NCBI RefSeq assembly: GCF_000315625.1
Contig: NW_005434562.1
Span: 1 to 64,000, forward strand
Direction of reading: 5' to 3'
DNA from: Guillardia theta CCMP2712
Lineage: Eukaryota; Protista; Cryptophyta
Length of the DNA: 64,000 nt
Positions 16,036-27,781 of the stretch are shown here, piece after piece (the first letter of the stretch is position 1; each line of letters begins with the position of its first letter). The translations under genes were made by a program, and so were the position numbers. Below the pieces are notes generated by a model. The model did no database searches, was not told the origin of the DNA, and saw only the letters and a list, made by a program, of their open reading frames with translations.

Positions 16036-16615
16036 CCAGTGGATGAGTCTGCTGATGGAGAAGTTTGAAGTCTGAAACTGCAGATGATGTAAGAGAAGAG
16101 TGTGAGAAGAACAATCCCAGGTGAAGGATTGATGAAGAGAGAGGAAGAGGAAGAGGAAGAGGAAAAGCAGAGATAGGATGCAGGAAGAGGAGGTGGAGGA
16201 GGAGGAGGATGAAGCGAGGAGGACGAGAGGAGGAAGAGAGGGGAGGCGGGAGGCAGAGCGAGGGGAGGCGGGAGGCAGAGGAGGAGGACTCACGCGAGGT
16301 CTTCTGTTCTCACAGGCAATCCTCCTCATGACTCTCATCGAACGAGTTTCTTTCTCTGTATCTTCTTTCTTCCCCGTTGCTAAGGAAGAGAAACTCTCCT
16401 GATCCTCCCGCGCCTCCTCCTCCTCCTCCTCCTCCCATGGCAGGGCTCTGGTCTCAAGGTTGCTACAAAGAAGTCAGGCATGATAGGAGGAGGCACTGGT
16501 CTTCAAGAAGAACGAGCGAGGGAGCAGGGAGCAGGGAGCAGGGAGCAGGGAGCAGTTGCTGTACATGGCAATCATGGCCAGTGAAAACATGTCAGTTTGA
16601 CATCCTCGATCATTC
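15615..16615 (-). CDS. C-terminal lobe of a TKL-type protein kinase (subdomains IX-XI); N-lobe not found
   Basis: Spliced reading NDRGCQTDMFSLAMIAINLETRALPW..MRRIACENRRPR|FQTSNFSISRLIHWCWLDDPCSRPTSQELLRVLEQ..GLVESQNQKLIA-stop. Confidence 0.65.
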
Positions 16616-16748
16616 CTGCGACTACGAGGTGGTGAGGAGATTGGGGAGGAGGGAAAAAAGACCAGGAGGAGAAGGGAGGAGGAGGAGGAGAAGGGAGGAG
16701 GAGGAGGAGAAGGGAGGAGGAGGAGGGTGGAGGAGGAGGGAGAGCATA

Positions 16749-18296
16749 CTTGGAGCTACAGACACGTCGGGGACGAACACGATTGTTCGATGGTTCAAGA
16801 CAGGGCCAAGCATACCCTGATGAGCCGTCAGCGAAGTAGAGGGAGGAGGAGAAGGGAGGACACAGGGAAGGAAACAGAAACAAATAACAGGGGAGGGCAG
16901 AGAGTCGCAGAGCAGGGGAAGTGAAGGAGACGAAGTAGAAAACGGAAGGGGGGGAGGCAGAAGAGAAGGGGCGGAAGGGGAAAAGGGGAGGGAGGGAGAG
17001 AAGAGGAGGAAGGAGAAGGCAGGAGAGGAGAGGGCAGAGCTGTAAACCTCCTCCTCGTACTTGAGGGCAAAGCCCTCGATGGTGTCCTTGCAAGGGTGGG
17101 ACGTGCTGACCCACCTGAGCCACTTGATCTGAGAGCAAGCGATCAGGCTGGGGGGAGAGGAGGAGCGACTTCTCTTACCTCGATCACCTCCTCTTCCTCC
17201 TCCACCTTCTTCATTCCTCCCCCTCCTTCCTCCTCCTCCTCTCCTTTCTCTCCATTCGACTCTTCGTTCCCTTCCTCCTCCTTCGCCTCCTCCTCCCCGG
17301 CCCCGGCTTTCTCTCCCTCTCCCTCTCCCTCTCCCTCCTCCCCTTCTTTCATTTCCTCGTTCTCATTTTTTGGTTTTTCAACCTGCAAGTCGAGTTTCAG
17401 AACCAAATCAAGCCAATTCCTCTCTCACCACCGCCATCCCCCCCCCCTTCCCTCCTCCTCTTCCCTGCTACCCTTCTGCTCCTCCTCCTCCTCCGCATCT
17501 CCCACTACTCACTTTTTGGATTTCGATCTGTTTCTGAGCAATGTAGCATGTACAGGGCCATAACAGCAATCTAACACAGCATGAGCACAACAAGTCGCGT
17601 TCTTCACATGCTCATCTTCACCTCACAGCTGCCACTGTGTTGTCTAGGTAGGTTACAAAGTCTTGCGTTTCTCTGACGACCATGATAAGAGCATGTCATT
17701 GTTGCTCATGTTGTTGATTGCGACAGAGATGATGATGAAGATGGCCGGGTGATAAAAGGAGGAGGAGGGAGTAGGAGCAGGAAGGAGAATGCGGAGGAGG
17801 AAGGCTTAGGAGGGGAAGAGGGAGGAGGGAGGAGGGAGGAGGGAGGAGGGAGGAGGAGGAAGAGGAGGAGAGAAGTTTGAATCATGGTTTGCAACACGAC
17901 GAACCTTGATGCCATATCGAAGCTTTCTTTCACCCTCTGCTCGTATCTTGCGGCAGTGTTCTGAACGTTCCGATCTGACAGGCACGTCTCACAGCTCCCA
18001 TCACCTCCTCCCATTATCTCAGACCCTTCAAGTATCTCGCCAGCCAACTGATCGGACGATCTTTGCAATCTCTCGCCTAGTTCGCACAATACATGAGCCC
18101 CCAACAACCGACGGCACTCCAACAACCTCCTCGCTCTCAGCATCATCCGCAGGGAAAGCTTTCTTCAGCAGCTCCTCGATACCTTCGCGCGTCTCAGCTT
18201 CCCGGCACAGTCTCCTCCTCCCGGACCTTTCTCTACGACGGGGTAGACCTCCTTGGACAGATATTGTGTCGGGTTGTCCGGCGGGGATACCTCCAT
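16749..18296 (-). CDS. Dpy-30/RIIa-like docking domain plus GAF-like domain protein (EFCAB5/flagellar-associated type), 3' part missing
   Basis: MEVSPPDNPTQYLSKEVYPVVEKGIEELLK..DRPISWLARYLK (docking motif), then PCTCYIAQK, a Glu-rich insert and IKWLRWVSTSH..GMLGPVLNHRTIVFVPDVSVAP (GAF-like). Confidence 0.5.
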
Positions 18297-19125
18297 CCTA
18301 GTCGACCACAACTCCTGCCATGCCGGATCAGTCGTTGACGTGTTTCATGACTGCGTCGTTAGAGTTTTCAGCTCATTTGCTCAACTCCTTTGATCTTTCT
18401 TGTTCTGCCAGATCTTTNNNNNNNNNNNNNNNNNNNNNNNNNNNNNNNNNNNNNNNNNNNNNNNNNNNNNNNNNNNNNNNNNNNNNNNNNNNNNNNNNNN
18501 NNNNNNNNNNNNNNNNNGTAGGTGAGGAGATCTTGAGGTCGTGAAGGTAGGAGAGAGCACGAGTGACGTCGAGAAGGACGGTAAATATTATGTGCTAATG
18601 CCAACGATGGCTAGCGATGCAAAGCTTCAAGTTTCCCCAGATCATACATCATAGGGGCTTTCCTTCTCTCCCACTCTTCTCCTCCTCGTTCATCCCTCCT
18701 CCTCTTCTCCTTCCTCTCTCACCATTCTGCCCCCCTTCTCTCTGGATCTTCCCTCTATAATCGTCTTCCCCTCCTGCTCCTGTCTCCCTCCCCCCTCAAT
18801 CGTCCTCTTTCTCCTCCTCTCCCTCTCCTTCCTCCTCGTCCTCTCCCCCCCCCGCCCCCTTCTCTTCCCCCCTCTCCTCCTCGTTCCTCACCCAGACGCA
18901 AGCTCCATCACGAGACATTCGCATCCCCGATCGACGCACACGGCGATCAGCCCAACAACATTGGGGTGGTGCAGGCGCTTCCAGCAGGCGAACCTGCTGG
19001 AAACTCAGCAGGGTGAAGAGAGCATTCGTTCCTCGCTCCTCCCTTCCTCCTCCTCCTCCTCCTGCGGTTCTTCCTCCTCCTCCCCACTCCTCCTCCCTTC
19101 CTTGCCCGCATCTTCTCTGCCTCTC

Positions 19126-20870
19126 TTACTGCTTCTTCAGCCTTGCCGCTGTCCTCTGCTTGTAGCGCTTGAGTACGCCCTTGACCCCCAGGACCTGAGG
19201 AAAGTGAGAGGAGGAGGAGGCATGCGGGAGACTTACTGTGCACAGAAAGACGTCCATATCCTGATGAAGAAGAAGAGGAGAAGAAGGGCAAGGTTGATAG
19301 AAGATTGTGGAGGAGGCGAGCAGATCCAAAAGGAGGAGGAGCGGAGAGGGGAGGAGAGGGGAGTAGAGGAGAGGAGAGGGGAGGAGAGGAGAGGAGAGGA
19401 GAGGAGAGGAGAGGAGACGAGACGAGACGAGACGAGACGAGACGAGAGGAGAGGGGAGAAAGATAGAGAAAAGAGAGAAGGAAGTTGGAACGAAAGTGAA
19501 GATGAGGGGGAGAAAGCGATAATGCAGGAAAAGGAGAGAGGGAGAAGAGGGAGGAGAGGGAGGAGAGGGAGGAGCAAGTCAGCATAAGAAGAACGTGCAG
19601 GATTTTCACTTCACCTCATCGTTGTTGAGGCATTCGAGGATGCAGAGGTCAGAGGAGGAGACAAGACCTTGAGGAGGGGAGAGGACGGGGGAGGACTTGG
19701 GACGGAGGTTGAGATTCCGAGGGAGCCGAGAGGACGTAAGGGAGAGGAATCGGTTCATCCCATTGCCGACCCTCGTAGATCCTGACCTCTCCTCCAACTT
19801 CACTTCCTCCTCCTCCTCCTCCTCCTCCTCTCCTCCTCCCTGATGCAAGGGCACGTCTTCGATGCTCAGTTCGAAGAATTTCTCCGCCATCATCCCCTGC
19901 CCGACATTCTCTTTCGTCGACTTCCCTCCCTCCTCCTTCTCGTTCATCAGCAGCTTCCTCTGTCCACACGTCAACCTCCTACCGGTGCTCTCCTCTCCCT
20001 CTCACCTTGCCAAAGACTCTCTCTCTCCTCTTCTTCTCCGCCTCTTTCCGCAGGCTCTCCTCCCTTCTCCTCCTGCAATGATAGCAAGCAAGCTGCTTGT
20101 ACCTGATTCACATTTACACGCTCCTCTCCTCTCCTCTTCTCTCCTCACTCCAAAACATCCCAGTCACTCTCGCGCGCACAGTTGCCTGAAAAACAACTCA
20201 GAAGTCCCTTCCTCCTTCCTCCTTCCTCCTTCCTCCTTCCTCCTTCCTCCTCCTTCCCCCCCTTCGGCCTCACAGCATTTCTTGATCCCGTAGAGTGGCC
20301 ATTGCTCGACTTTGGCTCTGATCGGAATCTGTTAAGCACAGAGAGAGGTACCCGTGTCAACCACTGCAAGCAACAGTCGACCTGAAGGGCTGGAAGTTGC
20401 CGGGGCTCCTCTTCATGATGGTACGATGATAGTGCTCGAAGTCACCTGCATGGAGGGCATGACAAGAGCTGTAGAGAAAGGAGAAGTTTCTTCACCCCAG
20501 TCGCACTTGTTCGCATCAGGGGTGGAGAATTCTCCCTCGATGCCGCAGTCTTGGCAGACCCACATATCCTGTTGGGATCTGCATAAGGAAGGAAGCAGCA
20601 GGCAACGCAATCTCGAATTATGTCCTTCATCCTGTCTCCCCTCTCTTCTCTCCTCTCCTCTCTCCTCTCCCCTCTCTCCTCTCTCCTCTCTCCTCTCTCC
20701 TCTCTCCTCTCTCCTCTCTCCTCTCTCCTCTCCTCTCTCCTCTCCTCTCCTCTCTCCTCTCCTCTCCTCTCCTCTCCTCTACATACCGTTGCTGCTCCGG
20801 TCAATTTCAGCAAGTGGCGACGCGAATGTTGGTAGACCAGAACTCCTCCACTCGAGCCCGGAGCGGGCCC
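19126..20870 (-). CDS. Hypothetical protein with a CxxC motif and C-terminal SAM-like helices; start uncertain
   Basis: Exons MWVCQDCGIEG..CDWG, EKFFELSIEDVP.., DLCILECLNNDE|DMDVFLCT|VLGVKGVLKRYKQRTAARLKKQ-stop with GTGAAG/GTAAGT donors. Confidence 0.4.
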
Positions 20871-21098
20871 GGCAATTTGACAACCGTTATACGTAACGGC
20901 GGTGGCTCTTGAGCGCGGGATGGCGGTAGCGAGCAGCTGCTGCGAGGCGGCAAGCGAGAAGTGAGAGGAGAGGAAGAGGAAGAAGAGGAGAGGAGGAGAG
21001 GAGGAGCAGAGGAGAGGAAGAAGAGGAAGAAGAGGAGCCGGAGTGGAGGTTGAGCAGGAGGAGCAGGAGGAGGCATCGAGGGGGCCCTCAGACTCACG

Positions 21099-23604
21099 AT
21101 GAACTCGCCCCTGCTGCTCTGCTTGCTGTCGGCTGCAGCTCTATCGGGGGTGGAGGCAGTGTTCTGGGATGGCGGTTTACTTGAGAATGTGATCGGGACA
21201 ACGATCAACAACTGCTCAGCGCGAACGCCGCCTAACAACACAGTCTTCCCTGTCAACTGCACATTCTTCAACGAGACGAACAAGGATGTGGTATGCTCGT
21301 CTGTTTCTTTCTCGGTGGTCTGGTCGAACGATGGGCCAGGTCAGATCGCGTTCACCACTCTCTCACCTGACTACTTCGCGGTCACAAGCTGCGAGCTCCC
21401 CGATGGGAGTACACCTGATTCATGCGGGATGAACTACCAGCAGAAATGTGCGGAGAGTGACAAGTACTGGCTGACCAAGGCAACGAGCCCGTTGTGCGGG
21501 CAGCGAATTTGCAACAATGTGACCTCGAGTTGTACATGCAACAACGCTCAGTATCTATGCACCTGCTACAACTGGAAGAGATACACTGTGAAACCGGTCA
21601 GGTTCCTCCCCATCGATTCCACGATACTCTGCTTCACCACTACATCCAGGACGGGGGTGACGGACAAGCGATGTGTTTTCTTCGACATCATGGTCCAACC
21701 GTACAAGCTGACCGTGTCCAATGTGAACGATCCAAACAACGTGCAGAAGCAAGTGAATGCTTACATCGGGGAACAACTGGACCTCACCGTCTTCGCACAA
21801 GATGTGAACACTGAACAGTCGCTCTCTATAAGGCTGCAACCTTCAGTCTCGGTGTATCAACCATCCGCTGAGCTTCCCAATCAGCAATGGCTTTCAGCTA
21901 CTACTATGTGTGTGGATTCGAACAATGTTTTGGCAAGCACAGGGCAACCTTGCAAAAACGGGTTATGGTTTAGGAAACTAACCTACAGTCCAAGACTATC
22001 GGAGATCGGGATGCAGTACTCCCTGTACTTTGAGGCATCAGACGATGGGTTTGCTGCAAGACAATTCGACAAGTACGTGGGTTTGTCCTCTCTTAGCGGA
22101 ACAACTTGCGGAAAATCGGTATGAAACCTCAGTCGGTCGTAGCGATAGTTATTGACGGACGGACTATGCAGAGTGGGTATTGTTCATTGACACCAGCAAT
22201 CTTCAGCCCGAAAGTTTTCACTGTCAGAGTCTCTGTGAGCTAGCCTTTCTTATCAAGAACCTTTTAGCTGAACTTCGTCTCTCTACAGGTTTCGCTTCAG
22301 TCCCCGCAGTTCATCTCGGGAATCGGCTTCTTCGGCACTCCGATCGATGGGACGACGGTATATCCTCACCTCAGTCTTCGATGCTGTTGCTAACTGCTAG
22401 CAAAAGCTTCCCTTCACATACCCCAACTGCCCGATGCGGCCAGTAGACATCATGATCTGGAAGCCCAACAGCCAGCTGCGTTTGTACCTTGTCAGTGAAT
22501 GAGAAAATTCGAGCTCTTTTCCCTGATGAAAGGATTTGCAGACATTCGGCGAAGGGCTGTTGGACATTTCAAGATATGCCTTGTATGCTCAGATGACTGC
22601 AAGCTGCTCTTTGGATCAGATCAACGGAGACTTCTCGTATTCTTGTCAGGTCTGAAAATCTTGTCTTGGATCCTTCGATCGGTTGACCTGGGCTGCCTCC
22701 AGCAATACTCGTCGACCCGACCAGCTCTAGGAGAGCTTCATCGAATGACCCTCCAATGGACTCCTCCCATGGTTGCGCAAGGACGAAACTTCACGTGCGT
22801 TGATCGATGACCTTGCGCTCTCTATGATTGTTGGTGGCGATCTTATCTGAATGTCTCAGCATCTGTGCTATCGCGGAGGATAATGCTCCTTCTCAGAACA
22901 AGACTTGCTTCCATGTATGTCCATTGATATCTTGATTTGGTTTCCCGCTGCTGAAAAGTTCTGCAGATTGTTGTTCAAAGGTGTATGTATTGCACCAATC
23001 CCACTCGACCCGAATCCCTCTTCGACATTGCGACTCGATATAGAACCAATTGGCTTCAGGTACTCGGCCTCCATCGCTGTCTCGACCTAACAGCTTGTTG
23101 TAGTTGTGGCTTGCCAATGATCCCTACTGGATTGAAAAGGTGAGCCTCCGCGGCCCATGTCGCAGTCCAGCCTGATCGGTTGTGCAGGAGCAAGCGAGTT
23201 TGACCGACTCGGGGGTCACGGCATGGGACGGAAGGAGTAGCCCTGACGCCATTCCTACCAAAACTTTGATTCGACTGGGGCCTGTGTTCGTGACGAGGTA
23301 CAGCTGCTTCCTTGATGCGTCCCGAGCTTGCCTGACCTTGAGGGTGACAGGGACAATCACACTATTGGTGAATTGGCCGCCCGGTTCCGAACCACGTCAT
23401 GGTGATCAACGCCGCCTCTCCCGCCTTCCAGCTGACTCGTTGCAGGGCAATTCTTGAGCTCAACCCGGATCTTGAGATGTCTATGGTGAGCCCTGACCCT
23501 GCGCTCCTGACTCGCAACGCCTGACTGCCCGGCAGCTCGACGACACGATTCCCAAGGAGAGTGAGCTTTGTTTATTACCTGGCATCTGTACACCTGCGGA
23601 GTAG
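21099..23604 (+). CDS. Secreted Cys-rich protein with Ig/cadherin-like beta-sandwich regions and two C-terminal LysM domains
   Basis: Signal peptide MNSPLLLCLLSAAALSGVEA; many N-glycosylation sequons; spliced C-terminus IVVQRCMYC..ESLFDIATRYRTNWLQLWLAND and GPVFVTRDNHTIGELAARFRTTSWAILELNPDL..ELCLLPGICTPAE-stop match the LysM pattern. Confidence 0.75.
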
Positions 23605-23681
23605 TATATTGATAACAAGTATGTAAATCGCCAAAACAACTGACAACCTCGTGACCTTGACACCCGGCCCTAGCTGGACTC

Positions 23682-24903
23682 TCATCTAGTGGCTGATGCC
23701 TGATGGTAAAGACCCGGGGGGACGTACTTGATGTCCTTGCACCAGAACCTGCACACGGCCGTCAGGTCTGCCAGCACAGCCACCTTCTTCACTGACTCAG
23801 CTCCCATCGGAGCGATCACGCCCTGGTCAGTCTGAGCCTCGCATCCCACCAGGTGCTCCACCATGGCGCTGGGGCTGCCCGTCAGTACATGAGGCATCCA
23901 AGTTCACTCAGGAACCTTATCAGCTCCGTACAGGATTGCACCGTGACCTCTTCGTATGTGGCAGGATTTCTCCCGTAGATCTGCCGGGTGTTGAGAAGCG
24001 CTGAGATGGGGGTAATGTTACCTGATGCCCATTCGCGTTGATTTCAGCAGCACGCTCCACGAAGATGGTGGCCGGGAAGCTGATGTCTGTCGCTCAGTAC
24101 AGGCAAGAGCTCAGGTGCAACCATCTTGCTCACTTCGTCGTGCACTCTGCCCTTGACTCATCCCTCACTCCGTTCACGAAGCAGTTCTGCCATAGCCCAT
24201 CACCCCAACCACAGGACGAGAGCCTCCCGGACTCACAGCTGGAATGTCATGCACTCCTTCTATCGTGCTCTTGATGGTCGCAACTCTCTCTGAGAACGTG
24301 CTTGCCTGCGTCTCGCACCCTTGGATCGTGTACCTGCGTTCCCCGTCAACCTCCTCTACTCCTTTCCCTCCGACCCCCCTCACCATCCAGGGCAGAGACT
24401 TTTTCCTGCCCCGACCCCTGAAGCATCAGCGTCAGAGGATCTCAGCAATGGGAGCGACTCAGATCGCAGTCTCACCTGAGTCCAAGTAGAAGCGCGAGGA
24501 CATGCAACTCCATTGCTGGGTAGGTACCAGCTCTCCGCTTACTTCCCTTACTGCACCAACAACCACCAGGTGAGATGCTGAGTACGTTGCCTCGTCGTTG
24601 CCTCCTTCACCTTTCTGCACAGAGACGGTGCAAGACTGGCAAGGATTCTGATTCTTGTACCATCCACAACTGCAGGACATCCAGTACATGTTAGGAGTCT
24701 CTTCACCATCGCTGGCTGGATAAGGTCAGTGGGCAGTGTTGCTCGCACCTCCAGGTCTCGAGGTCGTTGGCGCTCAGTGACCCATCCTCCTGACAGACCC
24801 ACTGGACAGTAGCCGAAGATGCTTCGGCCACTTTCATCTCCATCACTGCAACCATCGCTATCGCCGCGCCCAGGAGCGGAAGCCATCCCTTGTGCCCGGC
24901 CAT
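23682..24903 (-). CDS. Hypothetical secreted Cys-containing protein, multi-exon
   Basis: Signal-like MAGHKGWLPLLGAAIAMVAVM; consistent GT-AG exons (ETWSDGEETPNMYWMSCSCGW..); 3' end approximate. Confidence 0.5.
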
Positions 24904-24939
24904 GGCGTATCGGCAGGTCCGTCCGTTCAATCTCGATAG

Positions 24940-25180
24940 GCTATCTAGAACAGAATCTAGAACAAATGGAATCTAGAAGAATAGCCTATCATTGTGTCTA
25001 GATGGAATCTCAGTACTGTAGATCGGACGATCGGACTTGAATTGAGCCGGGAGTCGGGCCGACAGTGGGATCTAGCACAGATGGGATCTAATCAGTCAGA
25101 TGCCGAGAGTCTAGAACAGATGCCGAGAGTCTAGAACAGATGCCGAGAGCCGAGAATCTAGAACATTCGGAACAGATGCC
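24940..25180. repeat. Degenerate tandem repeat containing seven TCTAGA; includes 20-bp unit CAGATGCCGAGAGTCTAGAA x~2.6
   Basis: TCTAGA at 24944, 24956, 24972, 24997, 25110, 25130 and 25157. Confidence 0.8.
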
Positions 25181-25539
25181 CAAATACGTCCGGCTGGGCC
25201 GTAGCCATGATCGGACAAGTTCCCGGCTTGGAGTCAAGATCAACGGTCCAATTGTTGATTGTTGAGTGGCACCGTCGGCGGTGCTGTCCGATCGGCCCCC
25301 CCGCCCCGGGCCCCAGCCTGCCGCGCCGCACTCCGGCAGACTCGGATCGGACGGTCACCGGCCATTAAATTCACCGTGCGGCAGTGCGGCCCCAGTCACC
25401 CGAGCACTCCGAACCCGGATCGGACCGGGCCCGCCGCGCGGACGGTCTGGACCCGGAGTCACGTCATAGGCCGGCCCGGGCCCTGGCTCCAGCTACTGTG
25501 GGGTCGGGGACCCCCGGCCGCATAGCGGCGGCCAGGAGC

Positions 25540-26175
25540 TAGGGAATGGGTATGTGAGGGTAGGGTGACTCGCATTTTACTAGGGTGATCCCGAGGAGAA
25601 GGGACGTAGAAGAATACAATCAGGTGGGTGGTATCCTTAGGAGAAGGGGGGTTGCAATTGACTGCAGTGGGGTACGTATACCACCGGTTGTGTCTTGAGG
25701 CGTAGTTGAGATATGCAAAGGTTACTCTGATTATTTGGTGGAGGGGTGGGGGTAACCTGGTGGTAGACCGGGTAGTATGACAGTGATCGGATAGTATTCG
25801 CATGGTAGACCACTACCGGTGGGTATTTTTAAAATATTGTAAAGAATGATGGTACCCTCAGGGAATAAGGGTGAATGGGGAGTGATAGGGAGGGGTGGTG
25901 AAGGGGGGGGGAGGTCAGGTGGAGTGGTAACAATAGGTAACAATTCAAAAAAGATCCGTTTCAGGGAGGACGCCGGTAGTAACCCGTTCACTTTCAAAGT
26001 CGATGATTTTTCCAAGATTTGAGAATTGTGTATCATATTCAATAAATTTCAGTACAACAGTTTACGATTACATACCAAATACCAACAAAAAGTTTCAACT
26101 TGTGTTGATGATCACCCCCACCCCCCACCCCCACCCCCACCGCATCACACCTACTCCTTACCCTACCCACTTCCC
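25540..26175. promoter_or_regulatory. GGGGT array (left) switching to ACCCC array (right) in divergent intergenic region
   Basis: GGGGT/GGGTA motifs at 25545-25920 and CACCCCCACCCCCCACCCCCACCCCC at ~26113-26140 upstream of the OTU gene. Confidence 0.45.
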
Positions 26176-26461
26176 TCACGTGAGATCACCCGAATTTGAA
26201 GCCAGCGGCTACTCCTGATCTCCTTTTGCTCCCTACCCCATCCTTCTTCCCTCCCTCTCTCCCTCCCCCTCTCCCTCTCCTCCTACAGGGCTGGGATCAA
26301 GTCTGTGACAGGATCATCCAGAGGTTCTTGTCTGCTTCCTCCTGTTGGGTTGTTTGCTTTCCGCGTCAGGAGAGTGAGAGAGAGTACGACCTTCATTCAA
26401 CCCTGTAGATTCATTTTGTTCCGCGTCGAACCATTGAAAACAAACAGATCACTGAGACACG

Positions 26462-26578
26462 ATGCAGCAAATGCTTGCTCCCGCTAATCCAACGTACATG
26501 ATACAGCCTCGTTCTGAGTATGCGGTCAACAGCCAACCTTACTTCAACCAGCCAAATCCTTATCCTCTTTCCTATGGT

Positions 26579-26621
<43 letters not shown>

Positions 26622-27674
26622 TTCCTGTGCAGTACATGATGACTAGTTACCCTCAACCAAGTTCTCGTCAATACTACGTGCAAAATATCCAGCAGCAGCA
26701 ACCGAACCAGTTCAACATGCAAATGCCTCAGCAGTCATTGCAAGGACAGATGCCTCCCATGGCGCCTCAGCAAATGAATCAGCAGCAATATCAGCAATAC
26801 CCGACCCAGTACGTCTATCGGCAGCAAGCTGGTGTACAGCCGCCTGTCCAATACTCGAGACCCATGGCAGCTCCAGGGGTTCAGGAGCAGCGGCTCCAGA
26901 CGCCCGAGCCCATGGACTATCCATACAATGGGTACCAGCCTTCCAACAGCTATTCCATGTCGTCGCCTCAGATCAAGATGATGGATGCTGTTGATGCGGT
27001 GCGAGTCCCGTGAACCCACGCCAAGGTTCCTGACTTTGCTGCAGCAGCAGAAAGGACGTCCCAAGGTGGATGCAAGAGCGTTCGACCTGCGCACTGTGAA
27101 AGGAGATGGAAGGTGTATGTTCCGCTCCATAGCAAGGTGATTGATGCCTCCAAGGAAGAGATGCGACTCGGTGACTCGAAGGACTTGCAGGTCTATCGCA
27201 CACTTCCACAGCAACAGTCTGTCTGAGAAGGAGGAGGAGAGAGAAGCAGACTCTCTCAGGGCCCTTGCGCACCAGGTGAGACTGCTGCTGCTGCTGGTTG
27301 GGGCTCGAGGACTCAACTTGCTGTCAGGTCATCAGCAAGGACAAACGAAACTTCTTTGAGAACTCAGGGGCGATCGAGGGTGACTTCAAGACCTACCTGA
27401 AGCGAATGAAGGATCCCTCCTTCTACGGAGGCGAGCCCGAGCTTCTCGCCCTCAGCGATGGCATGGAGGTGCCCATCAAAGTCTACATGTATGAGCCGGT
27501 GAGGGATAATGGCAGTTGTTGAAAGTTCGTCAGTGACCTGAGATACAGGGATTCTTTTATCCGATCGCAGAATATGGTTCGCAGTATACAGGGAAGCATG
27601 CGATTCATTTGCTGTACAATGGCAGCAACCACTATGATGCGCTGATCCAGAGGAATTCTCTTGTAACCATGTAA
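26462..27674 (+). CDS. OTU-domain deubiquitinase with Gln/Pro/Tyr-rich N-terminus
   Basis: VKGDGRCMFRSIA (Cys box), FKTYLKRMKDPSFYGGEPELLALS, IHLLYNGSNHYDAL (His box); stop TAA at 27672-27674. Confidence 0.88.
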
Positions 27675-27781
27675 ACTATACTTGTTGAATAGATAAACAA
27701 CACAAGGGATAACTTGTTTAATGAATCAAATAGTTAAGTCGGGATAAGTACTGGAATACTTTGCCTTTGACTTGTTCGCCG

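Noticed and set aside
16577-16660. Plus-strand DYEVVRRLGR resembling casein kinase II alpha
   Set aside because: No other CK2 motifs follow; the minus strand carries coherent spliced exons here.
18518-19120. Possible plus-strand exon(s) after the gap (acceptor ~18895)
   Set aside because: No recognisable protein in any frame, and the context is lost in the adjacent gap.
24940-25180. Possible CRISPR-like array (also considered at 60465-60525)
   Set aside because: Units are tandem or have only 6-nt spacers, are few and degenerate; eukaryotic context with no cas genes.
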